Part shown: in pieces, positions 1 to 7,736 of the stretch | Layout of the letters: each line of letters begins with the position of its first letter | Position numbering within the stretch: position 1 is the stretch's first letter | DNA from: Thermomicrobiales bacterium | Lineage (GTDB): Bacteria > Chloroflexota > Chloroflexia > Thermomicrobiales > JALYUS01 | Length of the DNA stretch: 33,322 nucleotides | Direction: 5' to 3' | Assembly: GCA_038232175.1 (NCBI GenBank) | Contig: JBBSII010000001.1 | Coordinates: 1-33,322, forward strand | Notes under the pieces: model-generated | The model's input: the letters and a program-made list of their open reading frames with translations, nothing else | The model's database searches: none | What the model was told of the DNA's origin: nothing | Position numbers and translations under genes: made by a program

Positions 1-1649
1 ATCATCGGGCGGCGGCGGGTCTGCTCGTAGAGGTACGACCCGGCGACATCCTTGATCTTCCGCATCAGGAAGCTCCACTCCATCGGGTGGTTCCCGTTGG
101 ACGAGATGAGTGAGTCGCGCACGCGCTCCTTCGTCCCCTCGATCAAGTCCGTGCTGCGCCGCTGCGAGACGAACCCGCGCGACACGATGTCCGGCCCGGA
201 GACGAGTTTGCCCGTCTCGCGATCAACCGAGACGACGACCATCAGAATACCGTCCCGCGCGAGCATCTGCCGGTCGCGGATAACGACCTCGCCCACCTCG
301 CCCGCGCCAATGCCATCCACGAAGAGGAAGCCCGCGTGCACGGTCTCCATAATCCCGGCGTACTCGTCCGAGAACGCCGCGACGCTGCCATTCTTCGCCA
401 GCACAATCGCGTCCTCGTGCCAGCCCATGCTCTCGGCCAGCCGCTTGTAGAGGATCAGGTGGCGCTGCTCGCCGTGCAGCGGCATCACGTACTTTGGGCG
501 CGTCAGGTTGAGCATCAACTTCAGCTCCTCCTTGCTCGCGTGGCCGGAGACGTGCACCGTCCTCAGCGCCGAGTAGATGACATCCGCGCCCTGCTGGAAG
601 AGGTTGTTGATGATCCGCCCAACGCTCGTCTCGTTGCCGGGGATCGGCGTCGCGCTGATGACGACCGTGTCGCCGGCCAGAATCTTTAACTGCCGGTGAT
701 CGCCGCCCGCGATGCGGCTGAGCGCAGCCATCGGCTCGCCCTGGCTGCCGGTGACGACGTACGCGACGCGCTCCGGCGAGAGCTCCGCCGCGCGCCGCAC
801 ATCGACAATCACCCGCTGCGGGTCGTGCAGGTAATTCATGCCGAGCGCCATCTCGACGTTGTTCTCCATGCTCCGCCCGATGGGGCAGACCTTGCGCCCA
901 TATCGCGCGGCGACATCGACGACCTGCTGAATGCGCGAAATGAGCGACGCGAATGTGGCGACGATGATGCGCCCGCCGGCCTGCGCGAAGATGCGGTCGA
1001 ACGCCTCCTCTACGACCCTCTCGGAGGGCGTGAAGCCGGGGGTCTCGACATGGACGCAGTCCGTCACGAGCGCGAGCACGCCCCGGTTGCCGAACTCCGC
1101 GATCTTGCCGAAGTCGGTCGGCAGCCCATCGACGGGCGTCTGATCGAACTTGAAGTCGCCGGTGTGCACGACAAGACCCGCAGGCGTCGTGATGCCGAAC
1201 CCGACCGCGTCGGGGATCGAATGGCTGACGCGGAACGGCTCAATCGTGAAGTGGCCCGCCTGGATGACGCTCTCCGGCGTCAGCGCGATCAAGGTCGCCT
1301 TCTCAAGCAGGTGCCGTTCCCGCAGTTTGACGCTAATTAAACCGAGCGTCAGCGGCGTGCCGTAGATCGGCGGGTTGCCGAGTTGCGTCAGGAGGTACGG
1401 CAGGGAGCCGATATGATCCTCATGACCGTGGGTGATGAAAATGCCGCGAACGCGGTGTAACTTGTCCGCGAGGTACGTGACATCGGGGATCACGAGGTCC
1501 ACGCCGAACATCTCTTCTTCGGGGAAACCAACACCGACATCGACGATGATGATGTCATCCGCGTACTCGTACACGATCATATTTTTGCCGACTTCGCCCA
1601 TCCCACCGAGCGGGATAATGCGCACGCGCTTGTTTGTTGTCTTTGCCAA
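1..1649 (-). CDS. rnj: Ribonuclease J (metallo-beta-lactamase / beta-CASP RNase); C-terminal end runs off the window start
   Basis: Absent from the ORF track because there is no stop inside the window. My reverse-strand translation from TTG at 1649 (GGAGG at 1660-1664) reads KRVRIIPLGGMGEVGKNM...GIFITHGHEDHIG (HxHxDH)...HTGDFKFD...HVSGHASKEEL...PLHGEQRHL. This is colinear with RNase J over about 549 aa. Confidence 0.9.
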   Translation of the reverse strand, partial: MAKTTNKRVRIIPLGGMGEVGKNMIVYEYADDIIIVDVGVGFPEEEMFGVDLVIPDVTYLADKLHRVRGIFITHGHEDHIGSLPYLLTQLGNPPIYGTPLTLGLISVKLRERHLLEKATLIALTPESVIQAGHFTIEPFRVSHSIPDAVGFGITTPAGLVVHTGDFKFDQTPVDGLPTDFGKIAEFGNRGVLALVTDCVHVETPGFTPSERVVEEAFDRIFAQAGGRIIVATFASLISRIQQVVDVAARYGRKVCPIGRSMENNVEMALGMNYLHDPQRVIVDVRRAAELSPERVAYVVTGSQGEPMAALSRIAGGDHRQLKILAGDTVVISATPIPGNETSVGRIINNLFQQGADVIYSALRTVHVSGHASKEELKLMLNLTRPKYVMPLHGEQRHLILYKRLAESMGWHEDAIVLAKNGSVAAFSDEYAGIMETVHAGFLFVDGIGAGEVGEVVIRDRQMLARDGILMVVVSVDRETGKLVSGPDIVSRGFVSQRRSTDLIEGTKERVRDSLISSNGNHPMEWSFLMRKIKDVAGSYLYEQTRRRPM

Positions 1650-1751
1650 GGGGAATATGCCTCCAATGAAGGTGTGAACGTCCTGCGGCAATTGTTTTTG
1701 CACCACCCACGTCCGCGCAGGGCGGGCGCATGTGGTTTGAATCCTTTGGAT

Positions 1752-1927
1752 AGTAACGAGTAACGAATAACGAGCAGACGCAATCCCGCGTCTTGTTCCT
1801 TGCTACTCGTTAGGAGTTATACAGTTCGCGAGAAAATCCCGTGGTGGCGGACTTTAGCCTGCCACCACCGGAAAATCGCCCCAACTGCGTACGTCCTAAC
1901 TCGTTACTCGCTACTCGTTACTCCGTT
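1752..1927. repeat. Foldback element A: tandem AGTAACG-type heptamers (1752-1777) and the inverted array (1896-1927) around a ~118 nt core
   Basis: The left arm is agtaacgagtaacgaataacgagcag and the right arm is ctaactcgttactcgctactcgttactccgtt (imperfect reverse complement). A partial third arm copy tgctactcgtta lies at 1801-1812. The element lies between the UDG stop and the RNase J start. Confidence 0.8.
1831..1871 (-). terminator. Rho-independent terminator-like hairpin downstream of the UDG gene
   Basis: The stem gtggtggc/gccaccac (1841-1848 / 1861-1868, extendable with one bulge) has a 12 nt loop. On the minus strand it is followed by gattttct. Confidence 0.5.
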
Positions 1928-1934
1928 CCGCTCC

Positions 1935-2606
1935 TTAGAAGAGCGACATCTGCTCCGGCGACTCTTCCCCCGGCTCCGGCTCCGCCATGGCCATCGCTTC
2001 TTCGAGCAACGCCGGGATTTTGCGCACGTCTTCCTTCACATGCTCCATGAACGCGGGTTGGTGCAGCGCGGCGGCGGGGTGCACCATCGGGAAGTAGATG
2101 CGGCCATCGGCGCGCTTCGGCTGCCCATGAATCTTCATGATCTTCTCGCCAGGGAAGTAGCGCGCCATTGAGAACCGCCCGATCGCGACGATCATGCGCG
2201 GGTTGATCAGCGCGATCTGCCGATCCAGATAATTGCTGGTGCAGGTGCTGATCTCATCCGGCAGCGGGTCGCGGTTGCCGGGAGGGCGGCACTTGACGAG
2301 GTTCGTGATGAAGACCTGCTCGCGCGCGATGCCGACCGAGGCGAGCAGATCGTTGAGCAGGTTGCCCGCCGCGCCGACGAATGGGCGACCGCGCTGATCC
2401 TCGTGGAAGCCGGGGGCCTCGCCGATGAAGAGGATGCGCGCATCGACGGGACCATCACCGGGCACCGCCTTCGTGCGCATCTTACAGAGTTCGCACTTCG
2501 TGCAGACGCGGATTTCCTCCGCAATCGCCTCCAATTGCGCCGCGACATCGCCCCGTGCCGCGCTCTCCGCCGTCGCTCCGTGCTCCTCCTGCATCGTCCC
2601 ACTCAC
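1935..2606 (-). CDS. Uracil-DNA glycosylase, family 4 (Fe-S type)
   Basis: ORF-track protein contains CTKCELC...GEAPG...FITNLVKCRPPGNRDP...HPAAAL, the family 4 UDG motifs. Start is GTG at 2606, or ATG at 2594. Confidence 0.9.
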   Translation of the reverse strand: MSGTMQEEHGATAESAARGDVAAQLEAIAEEIRVCTKCELCKMRTKAVPGDGPVDARILFIGEAPGFHEDQRGRPFVGAAGNLLNDLLASVGIAREQVFITNLVKCRPPGNRDPLPDEISTCTSNYLDRQIALINPRMIVAIGRFSMARYFPGEKIMKIHGQPKRADGRIYFPMVHPAAALHQPAFMEHVKEDVRKIPALLEEAMAMAEPEPGEESPEQMSLF

Positions 2607-2680
2607 CCCGGTTATCTTAAAACACCACGACTGTGCGTGCTATTCCACCAGAAACAGGCACGCCCCCAGTATAGCACGCC

Positions 2681-4285
2681 TCATGCCCGATCACCGGAAC
2701 GGCGGCGCGCGTACCGGCTCGGTCGCGGCGCGCGCGGGCGCGTTTCGCTCTCTTCCTGCTCCCCGGTCTCAACACCCGTTGTATCACCTGCGGGCGTCGC
2801 GGAGGGTGCCAAGAACACGCTCGTGTCCGCGCCCGACAGGAGCGCCTGACCGAGCGCGAGCAGCATCTCGACCGTCTGCGGGTCGCGCGCCTCGGCGTAG
2901 ACGCGCGCCAGCGGCTCCGTGCCGCTCGTGCGGACGAGCAGCCAGCGGCGATCCTCACCGATCAGTTTCAGGCCGTCCAGCGTCACCGTCTTCGTCACGG
3001 GCGAACCCGCGAGACCCAGCCCGCCCGTCTCCACCGCCGCCAGCCGCGCGCGGGTTTCGTCCATCGCCTCGGGCGCGAGCGGCACATCCTGCCGCCGGTT
3101 GTGCCACGGCCCGGTGCGGATTTCAACGCCGTACCGCAGCCCCGCGACATCCGTGCCGCGCCGTTGCAGGAGATCGAGGATATAGAGCGCGGCGACGAAC
3201 GCATCCCTCTCCGGCAAATGCGTGCCGAACGCGAACCCGCCGCTCTCCTCGCCGCCGAGCATTGCGCCGTGCTCGACCATCGCGGGGCCGATATGCGCGT
3301 AGCCAATCGGCGTCTCGATCAGCGGGACGCCATACCGCTCCGCGAGGATGTCCAGCATCACGGAGCCGTTCACCGAGCGCACAATCGCGCCGTCGCGCAC
3401 ATCGTCCCGTTCGCCGAGGTACATCGCGAGCATCGCGAAGGTCTCCTGGCTGTTGACGTAGTTCCCGTGGTTATCGACGAGCGCGATCCGGTCGCCGTCG
3501 CCGTCGAACGCGATGCCGAGGTCCGCACCGTGCGCCGTCACCGCCCGCATCAGCGGGCCGAGCGTCTCCGCGACGGGTTCCGGCCCCTTCATCCCCGGAA
3601 AGAGCGGGTTGTGCGCGCCGCGAATCTCGATGATCGGTCGCGTTCCCGCGCCGGTGCCGAGGATGCGCTGCAAGACCCCCGCGCCCGCGCCGTGCATCGC
3701 ATCGATGACGATGCGGAGGTTCGCGCGGCGGATCGCCTCGATGTCGACGAGGTTCCGCAACGCGGCCTGATACTCCGGGAACGGGTCGAGCGGCATGTAC
3801 CGCCCGTCGATGTACGTCTCACCGAACGGCACGAGCGGGATCGCCTCACCGCTCGCCTGCCGCGCGTCGGCGTAGGTCTCGATCACTGTGGCAATCGTGC
3901 GATCCGCCGGTGCGCCCGCCGCCGTCTTAACCTTGATGCCGTTATAGATCGCCGGGTTGTGGCTGGCGGTAATCATGACGCCCGCCGCCGCCTGCGTGTG
4001 CGGCACGGTGAAGGTCACGATGGGCGTTGGCACGGGGCCGTGGTCGCAGAAGAGGACGCGGACGCCCTGCCCGAGCAACGCCTCCGCGACACCGAGCGCG
4101 AACCGCTCCGACATGAACCGCCGGTCGTAACCAACGACGACGCCCCGCTGGTCGGCCCCCTCGGTCTGCTTGACCCAGTCAGCAATCGCCGCCGCGCATC
4201 GGTGCACCGTGGCGAGCGTGAAGCCCTCGGCGATCACCGCCCGCCACCCGTCAGTCCCGAACCGTATCCGCTCGGCGTCCGCCAT
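2681..4285 (-). CDS. Phosphomannomutase/phosphoglucomutase (alpha-D-phosphohexomutase)
   Basis: Motifs: FGTDGWR, TASHNPAIYNGIK (active-site Ser loop), DGDGDR (metal site), GGEESGG, RTSGTEP. I place the start at ATG 4285, preceded by AGGAG and 35 nt after the upstream stop, rather than the ORF-track 4450. The ~50 aa low-complexity C-terminal tail is unusual. Confidence 0.9.
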   Translation of the reverse strand: MADAERIRFGTDGWRAVIAEGFTLATVHRCAAAIADWVKQTEGADQRGVVVGYDRRFMSERFALGVAEALLGQGVRVLFCDHGPVPTPIVTFTVPHTQAAAGVMITASHNPAIYNGIKVKTAAGAPADRTIATVIETYADARQASGEAIPLVPFGETYIDGRYMPLDPFPEYQAALRNLVDIEAIRRANLRIVIDAMHGAGAGVLQRILGTGAGTRPIIEIRGAHNPLFPGMKGPEPVAETLGPLMRAVTAHGADLGIAFDGDGDRIALVDNHGNYVNSQETFAMLAMYLGERDDVRDGAIVRSVNGSVMLDILAERYGVPLIETPIGYAHIGPAMVEHGAMLGGEESGGFAFGTHLPERDAFVAALYILDLLQRRGTDVAGLRYGVEIRTGPWHNRRQDVPLAPEAMDETRARLAAVETGGLGLAGSPVTKTVTLDGLKLIGEDRRWLLVRTSGTEPLARVYAEARDPQTVEMLLALGQALLSGADTSVFLAPSATPAGDTTGVETGEQEESETRPRAPRPSRYARRRSGDRA

Positions 4286-4319
4286 CCGTGCTGCGCTCCT
4301 TCGGCCTTGCGACCGTGCG

Positions 4320-5357
4320 TTAAGTCGTTTCGGTGACGCGACGCCGCCAGTAATCGAGCGTGTCGCGCAGTGTCTGGACGAACGGAATCGCCGGCTGCCA
4401 CCCGGACGCCGCGCGGAACTTCGCGTCGTTCGCCCAGAGCACCTTGACATCGGAGGGGCGCGCGCGATTCGGGTCGTGCTCGATCCGAAAGTCGGCGTTG
4501 GTCAGCGTGCGGTACGCATCGAGCACTTCCTGCACCGTGCGCGTCGTGCCCGAACCGATGTTGTAGACCTCGCCGGGCGCGCACGTCTCGAGGAGCAACC
4601 AGTACGCGCGGGCGATGTCGCGCACATCGGTCAGGTCGCGCCTGCTCGTCAGATCACCAACGCGGATCACCGGCTCCCGCACACCCGCCTCGATCGCGGC
4701 GATCTGTTGCGCGAGCGTCGCCACGACGAAGTTCTCCGTCTGTCGCGGACCGCAGTGGTTGAACCCACGCGCGATGATCGAGCGCACGCCGTACGACCGC
4801 CAGTATTGATACGCGAGCCGGTCCTGCGTCACCTTCGAGACGGCATATGTGCTGAGCGGTCGCAGGTCGTTCACCTCGCTGATCGGTACCTCATCCTCGT
4901 GGACGAGGCCATACTCCTCGCTCGACCCCGCGATATGGATGAGCGGGTCCAAGTCGGCGGCGCGCACCGCCTCGAAGAGGTTGATCTGCCCCTCAACATT
5001 GGTGCGCATCGTGTCCGTCGGGCTGTTCCACGAGGTCAGCACATGGCTCTGCGCCGCGAGATGAAAGACTCGGTCGGGCCGGACGGCCTCGACGGCGATC
5101 CGCACCGAGAGGGCGTCCACGATGTCGCCGGTGATGAGGTTCACTTTGTCCGGCGCGAACGCCCGCTGGATCGCCGCGACATTGGACGCGCCACCCTCAA
5201 TGACATTCAGCGCGCCCGCGCGCTGCAGGTCGCGCAGATTTTCCAGCCGCGACCGCCAGCGATACATCCCGTAGACCTCGACGCCGTCGCGCGTGCGGAG
5301 ATACTCGGCGAGATGGCTCCCGGCGAACCCCGTGATGCCCGTAATCAGAACGCGCAA
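4320..5357 (-). CDS. NAD-dependent epimerase/dehydratase (extended SDR), GDP-mannose 4,6-dehydratase / GDP-6-deoxy-mannose reductase-like
   Basis: Motifs: RVLITGITGFAGSHL (GxxGxxG), YAVSK (YxxxK), GFNHCGPRQ, VGDLTSRRDLTDVRD. Probable TTG start at 5357 with GGGGGAAG upstream. The ORF-track N-terminal extension to 5480 lies inside a REP-like palindrome. Confidence 0.85.
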   Translation of the reverse strand: MRVLITGITGFAGSHLAEYLRTRDGVEVYGMYRWRSRLENLRDLQRAGALNVIEGGASNVAAIQRAFAPDKVNLITGDIVDALSVRIAVEAVRPDRVFHLAAQSHVLTSWNSPTDTMRTNVEGQINLFEAVRAADLDPLIHIAGSSEEYGLVHEDEVPISEVNDLRPLSTYAVSKVTQDRLAYQYWRSYGVRSIIARGFNHCGPRQTENFVVATLAQQIAAIEAGVREPVIRVGDLTSRRDLTDVRDIARAYWLLLETCAPGEVYNIGSGTTRTVQEVLDAYRTLTNADFRIEHDPNRARPSDVKVLWANDAKFRAASGWQPAIPFVQTLRDTLDYWRRRVTETT

Positions 5358-5425
5358 GATTGCTTCCCCCTTGTTGTCCAGCCATCCGGGACCGTACCGG
5401 AGGGTAGCATATTCCATCCGGGATA

Positions 5426-5548
5426 CCCACCCCCTGCCCTCTCCCGGAGCGGGAGGGGGTTCTGAGGCGCGGCGCGGCATTATTCCGCTTCCCTCCCCCT
5501 TCCCCCGTGGGGAAGGGGGTGCCCTCTAGGCGGCACGGGGGGTTAGGG
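5426..5548. repeat. G/C-rich REP-like palindromic cluster
   Basis: Hairpins ccctctccc-ggagc-gggaggggg (about 5437-5459) and cccccttcccc-gt-ggggaaggggg (about 5496-5520), then ggggggttaggg (5537-5548). The reverse complement matches the element at 25309-25344. Confidence 0.8.
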
Positions 5549-5559
5549 CCGCATCCCCC

Positions 5560-7638
5560 CTACTCGACCAGAACGGCGTCCGCCTCGTCCTCCACGTCGT
5601 CGGGGACGGCGTCAAGGTCGGCGCGCGTCCAGTCTTCCGCCGCCGCGTCGTATGCGACGAGGGATTCCGCGAGCGCCCACCAGCCGGACGCGGCGTGGCG
5701 GTCTTCCGGGAGCGGGAACTGGCCCGCATCACCGGCGTGGTGATGGAGCCAGCGCTCGATGATGTGCAACTCGTCCACATCGTCCTGCGGGACGACATCG
5801 GGGATCGCATCGTCCTCGGTGCGACGATACGCCGCGACCAGCCACTCCGCGACGAACGCAACCGCCTCGCCCCGCCGGACACGCCGTTGCGCGACGACGC
5901 GACCCCGGACGATCAGCAACGCCTCCGTGCACCCCGGCTCCGGCGACGGCAGCGCGAGCACGAGATGGCCCGTCTCCACCTGCCGCGCGAGCGTCTGATG
6001 GATCCGCGCGACCGACTCGACGGTGCGGATCGCGTTCCGCAGCCGTGCGGCGTCCTCGTAGTCCAGCCGCTCCGCCGCCGTCTCCAACTTCGCCCAGAGC
6101 CGCTTCAGGATGCCGTCGTGCCGCCCTTCGAGGAAGGCCATCGCGTCGTCGATGAAGGCGAAGTACTCCTTTGGGTCGCCCTCACCGACGCATGGGCCGA
6201 GGCACTTACCCATGCCGAGGCGCGGGCACGGGTTGCCCCACTTCTTCGGGTTGGAGAAGCCCCGCGTGCAGGTGACAAGCGGCAGCACCTCCGCGAGCAC
6301 ATCGATGGTGCTCTGCGCCGCGCTGCGGGAGCGGAAGGGGCCGAAATAGCGCGCGCCGTCCTCCTTGACCGTCCGCGCGAGGCGGATGCGCGGCCACGGC
6401 TTCTGCACGTCGATCTTGATGTACGGGTAGAGCGCGTGATTTTTCATTGCGCGGTTGTAGCGCGGCTGGTGGCGGTGGATGAGGCGCGATTCGAGCAGCA
6501 ACGCCTCCAATTCGCTGCCGACCACCTCGATCTCGATGCGCGCGATGGCCTCCAGGAGGCCGTCCATCTTGCGCGTCAGACCGAGGTGCTGCGAGTAGTA
6601 CGACGAGACGCGGTCGTGGAGGTTCTTCGCCTTGCCGACATAGATGATCCGCCCGTCGCCGTCCAGCATTCGGTAGACGCCCGGCGCGTGTGGCACCGTT
6701 CGCAGAAAGGCGCGGTCGAGATACGCCCTACCGCTGCCGACCGCCTCGACGCCGCTCGCGTTGCCGTGCGGCTCGGCGGTGGCGGGGACGGCGAGTGCCT
6801 GCATCGCCTCCAACGTCGGCAGGCCCGCCTGCTTCGCCAGCGGCAGGAGGCGGTGGAGCGATTCGGCGGTCAGGCGGGCGTCGCCCTCGGCGCGGTGCCG
6901 GTGCGTGATCGGCACGCCGAGGGTGGACGCCATCCGTTCGAGGTTCGGCTTCTTCAGACCGGGCAAGAGCCGCACCGCGAGCGCGAGCGTGTCGAGGCGC
7001 GGGTTAATCAGCGGGGGGCGTCGCGCCCGCGCCAACTCCGCGTTGACGAACGAGATGTCGAAGCGCACATTGTGCCCGATCAAGAGCCGCTCACCGACGA
7101 ATTGCAGCAGGTTGTCCGCGATGGCGGGGAAGCGAGGCGCATGGAGCACCATCTCGTCCGTGATGCCGGTCAGTTCGGTGATGAACCGGGGGAGCCGCTT
7201 CTCCGGGTTCAGCAGCGTCGTGAAGGTGTCGATGATTTCGCCCTCGCGAATTTTGAGCGCGCAGACCTCGATTAATCGCTGCTGAAACGGGCGTAATCCC
7301 GTCGTCTCGACATCGAGCACGATGTACTCGCCCGTCCCGGCGAGATCGTCCACTGTCGCGGGGACGGGGATCTCCTCCACGAGCATCCAATGCTGATCGG
7401 GCCGCAGGCGGAACTTTGCCGGTTCGTCGAGGACGGTGCGGACGAGCGTGCGCCAGAGCGTCGGCGGGCCACCGGAGCCGAAGACATGCCGGATGACCGC
7501 GTCCTCATGCGCCGCGCCACCCTGCTCGCGCAAATAGAGGTACGTGCGCTGCCGTAGCCACGCATACTGGTCGCCGTCAGCGTCCGTCGCGGTCGCGCCT
7601 TCATGCTCGTGATTCGCTGTCCCGTGTTCGTCTGCCAT
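5560..7638 (-). CDS. Fusion protein: DnaQ-like DEDDh 3'-5' exonuclease domain plus GIY-YIG (UvrC/Cho-like) nuclease domain
   Basis: Exonuclease motifs: YIVLDVETTGL (Exo I), GHNVRFDISF (Exo II), HRAEGDARL (Exo III). Then GVYRMLDGDGRIIYVGKAKNLHDRVSSYY (GIY-YIG) and a UVR-like YEDAARLRNAI. Confidence 0.9.
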   Translation of the reverse strand: MADEHGTANHEHEGATATDADGDQYAWLRQRTYLYLREQGGAAHEDAVIRHVFGSGGPPTLWRTLVRTVLDEPAKFRLRPDQHWMLVEEIPVPATVDDLAGTGEYIVLDVETTGLRPFQQRLIEVCALKIREGEIIDTFTTLLNPEKRLPRFITELTGITDEMVLHAPRFPAIADNLLQFVGERLLIGHNVRFDISFVNAELARARRPPLINPRLDTLALAVRLLPGLKKPNLERMASTLGVPITHRHRAEGDARLTAESLHRLLPLAKQAGLPTLEAMQALAVPATAEPHGNASGVEAVGSGRAYLDRAFLRTVPHAPGVYRMLDGDGRIIYVGKAKNLHDRVSSYYSQHLGLTRKMDGLLEAIARIEIEVVGSELEALLLESRLIHRHQPRYNRAMKNHALYPYIKIDVQKPWPRIRLARTVKEDGARYFGPFRSRSAAQSTIDVLAEVLPLVTCTRGFSNPKKWGNPCPRLGMGKCLGPCVGEGDPKEYFAFIDDAMAFLEGRHDGILKRLWAKLETAAERLDYEDAARLRNAIRTVESVARIHQTLARQVETGHLVLALPSPEPGCTEALLIVRGRVVAQRRVRRGEAVAFVAEWLVAAYRRTEDDAIPDVVPQDDVDELHIIERWLHHHAGDAGQFPLPEDRHAASGWWALAESLVAYDAAAEDWTRADLDAVPDDVEDEADAVLVE

Positions 7639-7666
7639 CCGGCGTCGCTATCCCATCGCGCCATGT

Positions 7667-7678
7667 GAACGTACGTTC
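7667..7678. promoter_or_regulatory. LexA (SOS) box of the GAAC-N4-GTTC type
   Basis: Perfect 12-bp palindrome GAACGTACGTTC, 29-40 nt upstream of the exonuclease/GIY-YIG start codon at 7638. Confidence 0.6.
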
Positions 7679-7736
7679 TGTGATCGAAGCGTACCGCACC
7701 GACGCGCCCGCCGCAACACGCCTACCGTGCCAGACT

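Noticed and set aside
2681-2840. The C-terminal ~50-aa tail of the phosphohexomutase as a separate feature or a lost stop codon.
   Set aside because: Sequence alone cannot distinguish a genuine disordered tail from read-through. No second domain or frameshift is evident, so it is kept as part of the CDS.
3101-4336. Long ORFs antisense to, or out of frame with, real genes. Examples: 3101..4336 (+), 5695..7275 (+), 4170..5465 (+), 16027..16872 (+), 17091..18047 (+), 23575..25383 (-), 26184..27257 (+), 30486..32009 (-), 28446..30434 N-terminal part.
   Set aside because: Their translations are Arg/Ala/Pro/Gly-rich with no motifs, and each overlaps a gene with clear family signatures on another frame or strand. 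They are typical shadow ORFs of high-GC DNA.
5358-5480. N-terminal extension of the GDP-sugar SDR ORF (MPRRASEPPPAPGEGRGW...).
   Set aside because: The extension is encoded by the REP-like palindrome. A TTG with a good RBS sits immediately before the Rossmann motif.
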